Below are positions 9,652-18,900 of a stretch of DNA of 64,000 bases, piece by piece. The position numbers and the translations under genes were made by a program. The notes beneath the pieces are model-generated. The model was given only the letters and a program-made list of their open reading frames with translations, was not told where the DNA came from and made no database searches. The stretch covers positions 96,001 to 160,000 of the forward strand of contig OZ220741.1 of assembly GCA_965116885.1 (NCBI GenBank), given 5' to 3'. Source of the DNA: Candidatus Latescibacterota bacterium (GTDB lineage Bacteria; Latescibacterota; UBA2968). The stretch's first letter is position 1. Each line of letters opens with the position of its first letter.

Positions 9652-10750
9652 AGATCGCAAAAGCCGGTGGCAGATCAGTCTGTTGTTGGGCGAGCAGGCT
9701 GTCAGTGGTCTCGGTGTGGTAAAAAAACACATGCAGATCGATTCCGCTGTTGTGAAAATGGGTGGTATTGCTGGTGTATGGACGGATATCAATCATCGCC
9801 GGAAAGGATATGCCAGTCAGGCCATGTGGGAATCGATTGCATTGATGGAGCGCCAGAACTGCGACATGAGCATTTTGTTTGGCATTGACGATTTTTACCA
9901 TCGATATGGGTATGCCGTGGTATTTGCCAATCAGTCTATGAGTTTGAAAACATCGCAATTATTATCGCTGAACGACCCTTTGAAAGCGCGGAGAGGGCGC
10001 AGGGCTGATCACGAGGCAATGCGCCGATTGTACAGAAATTACAATGCCGCGCGCTCAGGCATGGACGCACGTCAAAAGAACTGGAAGCCGAGATGGTATA
10101 TGCCAAATCTGGGCAAAGATACGGTTCGCCGTGCGGGAAAATTTCTGGTAGTGTGTGACGCTCGGGACCGGGTGTGTGGATATGCAGTTTACGACATACA
10201 AGCGGAGCGCACTGTGGTAACAGAAGTGTGCGGAAAGGACCGCGAAGCACTTGCCTCTGTTGGGAAAACCATCGCAAGACGAGCAAAACGTGCAGGCGCT
10301 GAAGAAGTACTCTTTCATCTGCCTTGCGATGATCCATTTATCTCGCTATGCATACCCCTGGGATGTGCGTGTTTGATTGCGTATCCGTTTAATCAAAGCG
10401 CAATGGGACGCATTATCCACCTAAATCGTCTGATGAAAAAATTGCTGCCCGTACTCCAAAAACGATGGGCGCATTCAGAATTGAATTGGACAGGTGAATT
10501 TGCCATTGATACGGACATTGGGCGCGTGGGCTTCGAGATCTCCGAGTCGGATATTGTCATGGCCGATGTTGGTGGCCGTGCCCAGGTGTCAATGTCTCAA
10601 ATGGCGTTGACCCAACTGGTAATGGGGTATCGACAGGTGATGGACATTGCTTATAATGATGAAATAAAAATAGCCAGACAACTGCTACCCGTGCTGGATA
10701 TCCTATTTCCCAAAGGCAATCCGTATATGTGGTGGACAGATCGATTTTAG
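9626..10750 (+). CDS. Eis-like GNAT acetyltransferase with C-terminal sterol-carrier-like domain
   Basis: MGGIAGVWT...HRRKGYA, LFGIDDFYHRYGY; ends LTQLVMGY...LDILFP...DRF as in Eis proteins. Confidence 0.85.
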   Translation: MAALRTAIEDRKSRWQISLLLGEQAVSGLGVVKKHMQIDSAVVKMGGIAGVWTDINHRRKGYASQAMWESIALMERQNCDMSILFGIDDFYHRYGYAVVFANQSMSLKTSQLLSLNDPLKARRGRRADHEAMRRLYRNYNAARSGMDARQKNWKPRWYMPNLGKDTVRRAGKFLVVCDARDRVCGYAVYDIQAERTVVTEVCGKDREALASVGKTIARRAKRAGAEEVLFHLPCDDPFISLCIPLGCACLIAYPFNQSAMGRIIHLNRLMKKLLPVLQKRWAHSELNWTGEFAIDTDIGRVGFEISESDIVMADVGGRAQVSMSQMALTQLVMGYRQVMDIAYNDEIKIARQLLPVLDILFPKGNPYMWWTDRF

Positions 10751-10768
10751 TTAAGAAAGGAGAGAGCA

Positions 10769-11653
10769 ATGTCAACCTTCACAGTCGGCTTACTGAGTCC
10801 CGGAGACATGGGACACGTCGTTGGCCAAGTGGCGATTGCCAATGGCGCCCGGGTAATAACCTGCCTGAATGGCCGCAGTGAGCGCACGCGCAAACTCGCA
10901 GAAATAGCGGGAATCGAAGACGTACCCACATATTCCGACCTCGTGCGCGAAGCTTCACTCGTAATATGCATTCTCGTCCCCGCAGCAGCCGAATCGGTAG
11001 CCACTCGCGTGGCTGACGCCCTGAAAGAAACGAATGAACAAATTGTATATACCGATTGCAATGCAATAGCGCCTGCAACAACTGTACGCATTGGTAAAAC
11101 AATAGAAAACGCGGGCAGTGTATTTGTCGATGCGGGTATTATCGGCGGACCGCCGCGCCAGCCTGGAGGCACGCGGTTTTACTGTTCTGGCCCAGACACA
11201 TCGGTCTTTGAAAAACTGAACGACTACGGGCTGGACGCGCGAAAAGTCGGCGATGAAATCGGGCAGGCGTCGGGCTTGAAAATGTGCTATGCCGCGCAGA
11301 CCAAAGGGACGACCGCGCTACAAACGGAATTGCTCATCGCCGCGCGGCGCATGGGCCTGTACGATGGATTGATCGCAGAGTGGGAAATGAGTCAGCAAGA
11401 CAGGTTGGCGGGCATGGAGCGGGGCTTGCCGGGAATGCCGACCAAAGCAAAGCGGTGGATAGGTGAAATGGAAGAAATCGCCAAAACCTTCGGCGATCTG
11501 GGACTCACGCCAAAAATATACGAAGGCGCCGCAGACATGTACCGCCTCGTCAGCGAAACACCACTGGCAGACGAAGCACCTGAAACGCGAGATAGAAACC
11601 GAACACTCGCGCAGGTCATCGATATCTTTGCCGAGCAATCAAAGGGTAAATAG
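10769..11653 (+). CDS. NAD(P)-dependent 6PGDH/3-hydroxyisobutyrate dehydrogenase-like oxidoreductase (DUF1932)
   Basis: SPGDMG, DAGIIGGPP, ASGLKMCYA and RWIGEMEEIA motifs. Confidence 0.88.
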   Translation: MSTFTVGLLSPGDMGHVVGQVAIANGARVITCLNGRSERTRKLAEIAGIEDVPTYSDLVREASLVICILVPAAAESVATRVADALKETNEQIVYTDCNAIAPATTVRIGKTIENAGSVFVDAGIIGGPPRQPGGTRFYCSGPDTSVFEKLNDYGLDARKVGDEIGQASGLKMCYAAQTKGTTALQTELLIAARRMGLYDGLIAEWEMSQQDRLAGMERGLPGMPTKAKRWIGEMEEIAKTFGDLGLTPKIYEGAADMYRLVSETPLADEAPETRDRNRTLAQVIDIFAEQSKGK

Positions 11654-11655
11654 AT

Positions 11656-11871
11656 TTAAAGACTATTAATAATGGGCAGTTCATCACCGTGACGCAACGC
11701 AGAGAGAATCCAATCTTGAAGTGCCGAATCAAGTTCCTGGCGGCATTCTTCGAGTGTCTGTCCAAAAGCAATCGTACCTGGACATTTGGGAATTTCGCCA
11801 GAGAATGAGTTATCATCCAACTCTTCATAGATGGCGTATGTTAATGCCGCATTGATGTAGTCTTGAACCAT
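11656..11871 (-). CDS. hicB: HicB-family antitoxin-like protein (no adjacent HicA)
   Basis: YEELDDNSFSGEIPKCPGTIAFGQTLEECRQEL...W...G..LP, the short HicB fold signature; AGGAG RBS. Confidence 0.85.
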   Translation of the reverse strand: MVQDYINAALTYAIYEELDDNSFSGEIPKCPGTIAFGQTLEECRQELDSALQDWILSALRHGDELPIINSL

Positions 11872-12006
11872 CCTCATCTCCTTTGAAGTGTTTGGTAAGT
11901 TTACGCGATTTGTGAAGTGATAGCAAGGAATATCCCTTCTCCTATCAAATGTAGAAGGGGATTTTATTTTTTATTTATTTTTTATAAACATATGCCCAAT
12001 GGTAAA

Positions 12007-12035
12007 TTGACTTTTCGATTGTGACAAGCTATATT
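12007..12035 (+). promoter_or_regulatory. sigma-70 promoter with a TTGTGACAA palindrome in the spacer
   Basis: TTGACT-N17-TATATT; TTGTGACAA at 12019-12027. Confidence 0.65.
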
Positions 12036-12080
12036 ACGCGTTCTAAAAAATAGTGGGTAAATTTAAACCGGGAGATGTAA

Positions 12081-13124
12081 GTGAAAGCAGCACAAATCGT
12101 CGCACCCAGACGCATTGTGGTCGTCGAAACAGACGAACCACAACTCCTGGGTGCCGGGCAAGTAAAAATTCAACTTGAACGGGCGTGTCTTTGCGGTTCA
12201 GACGTGCCATTATGGGATTACGACCACAACGAACTGGCAGAAAGGGCGCGACTCAACCCGCGCAAAGCAAAACGCGCACCATTTGTCGATTACGTCAACG
12301 GAGACCCGTATCCCCTGCGCGTTGGCCTCTCAATTCACGAATGCCTGGGCACAGTCGTTGAATCGACATCTGACCAATTTCAAACCGGCGATTTTGTCCT
12401 TGCACTACCCGATGCACAAAAGGGATTGTGCGAATATATTTGCGCTCCCGATAGCCGAACCATTCCACTGCCCAAAGGAATTGTCCCCGACGAACAAATT
12501 CTGATGACACAACCCCTGGGCACAGTCGTATGGGCGTGTCAAAAACTCGGCAACATCGTCGATAGTGATGTGGCAATTGTCGGACAAGGCCCTATGGGAT
12601 TGATGTTCACGCGCATGCTGGCCAATCTGGGCGCGCGAACCGTAATTGGACTCGACAAATTGGATTACCGCTTACACACCGCAAAAAAAATGCACGCAAC
12701 CCATACCGTCAACGTCGATAAAGACGATCCTGTAGAAACCATCCGCGAGATCACAAACGGCAAAATGGCGGACCTGGTAGTCGAAGCAGTCGGTCACCAG
12801 ACAAAAACGCTCAATTCGTGCATGAAACTCGTGCGCCACATGGGCACACTGCTGTGCTTTGGCGTACCCGACGATGCGTATTACCCATTTGCATATCCCG
12901 AATTTTTCAGATTAAATCTCAACCTGATCTCCACAGTTGGTCCCAATGTAGTGCCCAACTTTTCCCTTGCCCGCGACCTGATCGCACAAGGACGTGTTGA
13001 CATGGCACCTCTGGTAACGCATGTATTGCCCTTTGAAGAGATTCAGCACGGGTATGAGTTATTTACCGATCGCCTTGACGGGGCCATTAAAGTGGTTATC
13101 GATTACAATTCGCTGCGAACCTGA
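12081..13124 (+). CDS. Zinc-binding (MDR family) dehydrogenase
   Basis: LCGSD, HECLG, GQGPMG Rossmann motif, DLVVEAVG, GAIKVVI; lacks the four-Cys structural zinc lobe. Confidence 0.9.
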   Translation: MKAAQIVAPRRIVVVETDEPQLLGAGQVKIQLERACLCGSDVPLWDYDHNELAERARLNPRKAKRAPFVDYVNGDPYPLRVGLSIHECLGTVVESTSDQFQTGDFVLALPDAQKGLCEYICAPDSRTIPLPKGIVPDEQILMTQPLGTVVWACQKLGNIVDSDVAIVGQGPMGLMFTRMLANLGARTVIGLDKLDYRLHTAKKMHATHTVNVDKDDPVETIREITNGKMADLVVEAVGHQTKTLNSCMKLVRHMGTLLCFGVPDDAYYPFAYPEFFRLNLNLISTVGPNVVPNFSLARDLIAQGRVDMAPLVTHVLPFEEIQHGYELFTDRLDGAIKVVIDYNSLRT

Positions 13125-13167
13125 CCAGCGGGATAACTTTGACAAATACAAAAGGAGGTTTTTGCCT

Positions 13168-14754
13168 GTGGCAGCAATGTTTGAGTACGGTGCAGTAGTT
13201 GGACAACCCGAATCCGATTCTGCCGCTGTAAGCATATTGAGAAAGGGTGGTAATGCCGTCGATGCCGCTGTAACAGCGGCATTTCTCGCCTGTGTTCTAT
13301 CACCTAAATCGTGCGGAATCGGAGGTTATGGCGGCGCGATGACCGCCTATATTGGCGGCGAAGTCGTCTGCGTTGACTTTAATACAGTCGCGCCCAAAGA
13401 GGCTCATGACAGGATGTTTCGCGTAACGCGCTCCGACGGGCGATTTGGTTCTGCTGTCAGCGGTTATGCCAATTCAATCGGTTATAAAGCCATCTCCGTT
13501 CCCGGCGTACTGTCGGGTCTGGCTCTGGCTCTGGAAAAATTTGGCAAAATGCCACTGTCCGAAGTACTCGCACCCGCTATTCGCGCATGTGAACGCGGGT
13601 TTCGGGTATCTGCAAACTTCGCTACGGGCGTTGCTCGAAGCGAAGCGCGCATTCGCGAGTTTCCAGAAACAACCCGCTTATTGACGATCAGTGGCGAAGT
13701 GCCCAAAAGTGGAGATCGTGCGCAAAATCCCTATTTGGGCAGAATGCTCAGTCAGGTTGCAGACAAAGGGGTGCGTGAATTTTATGAGGGACGCATCGCA
13801 GAGCGCATTGTCAAACACATTCAAGATAACGGTGGGATTTTATCACGAGATGATCTGGCAAATTACGAAGCTCAGATCGTTGACCCCGTAAAAACGGCTT
13901 GTATGGAATACGATGTGTACAGCTCGCCCCTTTGCAGTGCTGGATTGAGCCTGGCACAAATGTGTGCCATAGCCGACGAAGCCGAATTAGACCTCTACGC
14001 GAGAGATTCCGCCCGGTTGGCCCATGGCATGGTCGAAATTATCCGTGCAGCCTGGATGGACCGATACCGGCATTTTGGCGATCCAAAGCAAATGCCGGTA
14101 GATACAGACATGCTGATGTCGGATATCAATATCGGTGCAAATGCAAAAGAAATTGCCACCTATATTGCCGAAGGAAAACGCGGACAATCTCTGTTGCGAC
14201 CGTTTTATACGGGTGGCACGACGCATATTTGCACAATAGACGCGCAAAGCAATATGGTCGCCCTGACCCTCACGCATGGACCGGGCTATGGGTCTTTTGT
14301 AACAATTCCCCGCATGGGCTTGTTGATGAATGCGGGCATGTCGCGATTTGACCCCGGTTCGGGCTTAAAAAACTCTATTGCCCCTGGCAAAGCCCCTATT
14401 ATGAACATGTGCCCAACCATTGTGTTGCAAGATGGCGAACCCGTCCTGACTGTGGGTGCATCCGGCGGAACACGCATCCCATCGTCTGTCTTTCAGGTTT
14501 TGGCGCGAAGATTAGTGCTCGACGAAGACCCCGAATGGTCGGTCGCAGCCCCTCGGGTACACTCAGAGGGCAATGAATGGGTAAGTATAGAAGAAGAGTT
14601 CGGCGAGGCCGCGCCGGATTATCTGAGTTCAGTCGGATACACAATTAACAAAAAGGGCGCGGCTGCAGCCAGTGTTCGGATGATTGAGATCGTTGAAGAA
14701 GGATTGCTGGCCCTGTACGATCCGCGCATGAAGGCGCGAGAAAAAGGGTATTAG
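13168..14754 (+). CDS. ggt: Gamma-glutamyltransferase family protein
   Basis: GGNAVDAAV, GIGGYG, VPG, catalytic TTH and GASGGTRI; AAAGGAGG RBS upstream of GTG 13168. Confidence 0.92.
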   Translation: MAAMFEYGAVVGQPESDSAAVSILRKGGNAVDAAVTAAFLACVLSPKSCGIGGYGGAMTAYIGGEVVCVDFNTVAPKEAHDRMFRVTRSDGRFGSAVSGYANSIGYKAISVPGVLSGLALALEKFGKMPLSEVLAPAIRACERGFRVSANFATGVARSEARIREFPETTRLLTISGEVPKSGDRAQNPYLGRMLSQVADKGVREFYEGRIAERIVKHIQDNGGILSRDDLANYEAQIVDPVKTACMEYDVYSSPLCSAGLSLAQMCAIADEAELDLYARDSARLAHGMVEIIRAAWMDRYRHFGDPKQMPVDTDMLMSDINIGANAKEIATYIAEGKRGQSLLRPFYTGGTTHICTIDAQSNMVALTLTHGPGYGSFVTIPRMGLLMNAGMSRFDPGSGLKNSIAPGKAPIMNMCPTIVLQDGEPVLTVGASGGTRIPSSVFQVLARRLVLDEDPEWSVAAPRVHSEGNEWVSIEEEFGEAAPDYLSSVGYTINKKGAAAASVRMIEIVEEGLLALYDPRMKAREKGY

Positions 14755-14791
14755 TGCAGCCAGCGAATTCAAATACTCAGGAGAAAATCAC

Positions 14792-15910
14792 ATGGAGAGA
14801 TATCCTTTTGGCAGCGGGCGTCCCGATCCGTCATCGTTTCCCAAGCGGGAATTGGCCGAGGCCGCCATGCGTATCTTGCCCGAAATGGGCAATGAACTGG
14901 CACTTTATCCCGGCACATTGGGATATCAACCGATGCGACAGGTCCTGGCCGATCGCTTGTTGCGACGCGAAGGAATCGCCCCTCCCGTTGAAGAAATCGC
15001 ATTGACCAATGGCTCAATGCAGCCCGTGACCCTGATGGCGCAGATGTTTATCGATCAACCCGGTGACGGGGTGGTGATGGAGGAATTTTGCTATTCCGGC
15101 ACAATTGGTGCGTATAACAAAGAAGGTGCAGAATTGGTGGGCATTCCCGTGGATGAGCACGGCATGCGTATGGACGCGCTGTCCGACGAATTAAAAAAAC
15201 GGGGCGCCAATGGGAAACTGCCCAAATTCATTTATGTACTGGCGACATTCCAAAATCCCACAGGTGCGATCATGCCCCTCGAACGGCGAAAAGAACTGTT
15301 GCAAATAGCCGCACAGTACGAGATCCCCGTCGTCGAAGATCACTGCTATGCCGACACGGTGTACGAAGACGATTATTACGTCCCTTCCCTCTATACCCTC
15401 CCAGCAGAAGTGCCCGTAGTACATATTGAATCCCTCTCCAAAATTTTGGGGCCAGGTGTGCGCCTGGGGTGCTTTTTCACCAAACAACCCCTCCTGGGCA
15501 AAATTTTGCAGATTCGTCGAGATGGCGGCACGAGTTCGCTCGCCGCAGCCATTGTGTACGAATACTTCCGCGAACATCTGTGGACCCATGTCAATAACAT
15601 CAACGCAATCGTAAAAGAAAAGCGCGACTTGATGTTTGAAATGCTGGGACAGTCTCCCGACGCTTTTGAATGGTTCAGCCGTCCCAAAGGCGGATTATTC
15701 ATATGGGTCAAATTGCCCGATGCCACCGATGTGATCAAATGCGAACAAATCGCCGAATCCCACGGGATCGACTACGCCACTGGCAAAGCATTTCACGTAC
15801 ACCACGACGACGTGCCCTACCTGCGCCTCGCATTTGGCTACGCATCACTCGCACAAATCCGAGAAGGTATTCCAAAACTGGCAGAATGCGTCATGGCAAC
15901 GCAGAAATGA
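14792..15910 (+). CDS. PLP-dependent class I aminotransferase (LysN/MocR-like)
   Basis: FQNPTG, EDHCY, SLSKILGPGVRLG, GGLFIW and LRLAF motifs. Confidence 0.92.
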   Translation: MERYPFGSGRPDPSSFPKRELAEAAMRILPEMGNELALYPGTLGYQPMRQVLADRLLRREGIAPPVEEIALTNGSMQPVTLMAQMFIDQPGDGVVMEEFCYSGTIGAYNKEGAELVGIPVDEHGMRMDALSDELKKRGANGKLPKFIYVLATFQNPTGAIMPLERRKELLQIAAQYEIPVVEDHCYADTVYEDDYYVPSLYTLPAEVPVVHIESLSKILGPGVRLGCFFTKQPLLGKILQIRRDGGTSSLAAAIVYEYFREHLWTHVNNINAIVKEKRDLMFEMLGQSPDAFEWFSRPKGGLFIWVKLPDATDVIKCEQIAESHGIDYATGKAFHVHHDDVPYLRLAFGYASLAQIREGIPKLAECVMATQK

Positions 15911-15949
15911 GGTCGCATTTTTTGAGTCGCTGATTGGTATTTTAATAAT

Positions 15950-18900
15950 GTGGACATCGCTATGGTCCCAGGTCTTTCCCCCAACTTTCTCTCTCTGGAC
16001 CTCGAAGTCAGCAAGCAAGATCACCGCATTCGCGCATTTGCTGCGGTGCGTACGGACGTTGACCAACCACTGGTCTTCCACGGCGGAGACCTGACAGCGG
16101 CGTTGGAAAAACTCGACGACTTCGCTGATGGCGCGGACTTCCTGCTCGGTCACAACCTGATCGCCTTCGATCTGCCATATCTGAAAGCCGCGAAGTCCGA
16201 TCTACGGATATTGAAGCTACCGCCGGTAGATACATTGCGGCTCAATCCCCTCGCCTTTCCTCGCAATCCCTATCACCACCTCGTCAAACACTATCAGGAT
16301 GGACAGCTCAAACGCGGGCGATTGAACGACCCAGAACTCGACGCCCGGCTCGCGCTGGAAGTCTTTGACAGTCAACAAACCGCGTTACGCGATGCACCAC
16401 TGAGCTTGCTCGCTGCATGGCATTGGTTGACAGGAACAGGACCCGGCAGCGCGGGGTTCGACGCCGTATTCGCTACCATAAGGTACTCACCCCGGCCAAC
16501 CGAAGCAGCAGCCAACGCGGCGATCCGCGAGCGACTTGCGGGCATCGCCTGCCAGAATCGCGGTCAAGAAATTCTCAAAAATGCCACCCAAAGCGGCTGG
16601 CCACTGGCTTACGCGCTGGCCTGGCTATCAGTTTCCGGCGGCAATTCCGTGATGCCCCCGTGGGTTCGACACCAGTTTCCAGAAGCCGGTAAACTGGTTC
16701 GCCAACTACGGGATATGCCCTGTGGCGAGTCGGACTGCGACTGGTGCGGGGAGAGACACAATCCACGCAAAGAGCTTAAACGCTGGTTCGGATTTGATGA
16801 CTTCCGCTCGGAACCGAAGGACGAGGAAGGTCGCCCCCTGCAGCAGACCATCGTCGAGGCAGCGATGGTCGGGGAGCACATCCTGGGCATTCTGCCCACC
16901 GGCACCGGCAAGTCGCTCTGCTACCAGATCCCAGCTTTATCTCGCTATGACAAGACCGGTGCTCTCACAGTGGTGATTTCGCCTCTGGTCGCGCTCATGG
17001 CGGATCAAGTGGCGGGGCTGGAGGCACACGGAATCGGCTCCTGTGTGGCTATCAATGGGTTGCTGTCCATGCCCGAGCGAGCCGATGCGTTGGACCGGGT
17101 TCGACTCGGGGACGCAGGCATCCTCATCATCTCACCGGAGCAACTCCGCAATCGATCTCTGCACAGGGTACTGGATCAACGCGAAATCGGTGTCTGGGTG
17201 CTGGACGAAGCCCACTGCCTCTCAAAGTGGGGACACACCTTTCGACCCGATTATCGCTACATAGGACGCGTCATCCGCAAAAAGGCGGGACAGGACCCGA
17301 TCCCGCCGGTGCTATGCCTGACCGCAACCGCCAAGCCCGATGTGGTAGCGGACATCAAGCAATATTTTCAGGACGAACTCGGTATAAGACTAAAGGTTTT
17401 TGATGGCGGTTCTCATCGCACCAATCTGGAGTTCATAGTAGTGCCGACGACCGGGGGCGAGAAGTTCTCGCACATCCACCAGATTCTAATGGCCGACTTG
17501 CCACCGGACATGCCCGGAGGTGCCATCGTCTATTGTGCTACGCGCCGTCAGACCGAAGAGGTGGCGAAGTTCCTGCAGGACAAAGAGATCGCGGCAGACT
17601 ACTTTCACGCGGGGCTACAGCCCGAGACCAAGAAGAATGTGCAGCAGTGCTTCATCAGCGGCGAACTACGCGTAATCGCGGCCACCAATGCCTTCGGCAT
17701 GGGCATCGACAAACCGGATGTGCGTCTGGTAATCCACGCCGATATTCCCGGGTCGCTGGAGAACTACCTGCAGGAGGCAGGTCGCGCCGGACGAGACCGG
17801 CAGATGGCGCGCTGCGTACTTCTCTATACGACGGACGATGTGGAGAGACAGTTCGGCTTGTCGGCGCGTTCGCGGCTCACCCGGCGGGAGATTCACGGCG
17901 TCCTGAGAGCGCTGCGCAACCTGGATCGAAAAAAACGTCTGGACGGCGAGGTCGTGGCCACTGCAGGCGAAATCCTTAGCGAGGACGACGAAAAGGTATT
18001 CGAACGAGACTCAACCACCGACGATACCCGCGTGCGAACCGCCATATCCTGGCTTGAGGAGGCGATACTATTGACCAGAGATGAGAACCGGGTGCAGGTG
18101 TTTCCCTCGTCTCTTCGGGTGGATTCGGTGGAAGAAGCAAGCAGTCGGTTGGCGAAGGCACCCATGACCAACAATCACCGGAGACGGCTACTCAGAATCG
18201 CCGAGACACTGATCGATGCCGATCCCGATGAGGGCATCTCCACCGACGAACTGATGGGTGTATCCGGTCTGAGTGCCGAAGGCGTTCGCAGTGCTCTGTA
18301 CGACCTGGAGCGGCTGGGCATCGCCAGCAACGATACGGCATTGACCGCCTTTGTACACGCGGGAGTAGTACGTAACTCGCTCAAGCGCTTTGATGAAGCA
18401 GCAGAGTTGGAGACTGCCCTGATCGCGCAGATGCGCGAAGTGGCACCGGATATGGGCAAAGGAGACACCTCAATCCTGCATTTGCGCGTCGCCGCGCAAA
18501 CTCTGAGGGATGAGGGAGTGACCGATCCCCTGCCGGAACGACTATGGCGCATTCTCCGCAGCATCGCCAACGACGGACGCGGCGAAGAGGGCGACGCTGG
18601 CAGCCTCGGGGTACGACGACGAGACGCAGAGACAGTGCAGGTAATGTTGCGACGCGAATGGTCGGATTTGGAAGAACTCGCGTCGCGTCGGCGCGAGGGG
18701 GCAAAGCGCCTGCTAGATCACTTACTCGCCTGTCTGCCACCCGGAAGTCGGGGCCTGGATCTACTAGCGGAGACCACCCTTGGCAAACTATTGGAAGCGA
18801 TCACATCCGACCTGTTTCTAGAAAGCAGGAATCCTGAGAAGTTGCTGGATCGCGCGCTCCTGTGGCTGCACGAGCAGGAAATCATTCGTCTCAACAAGGG

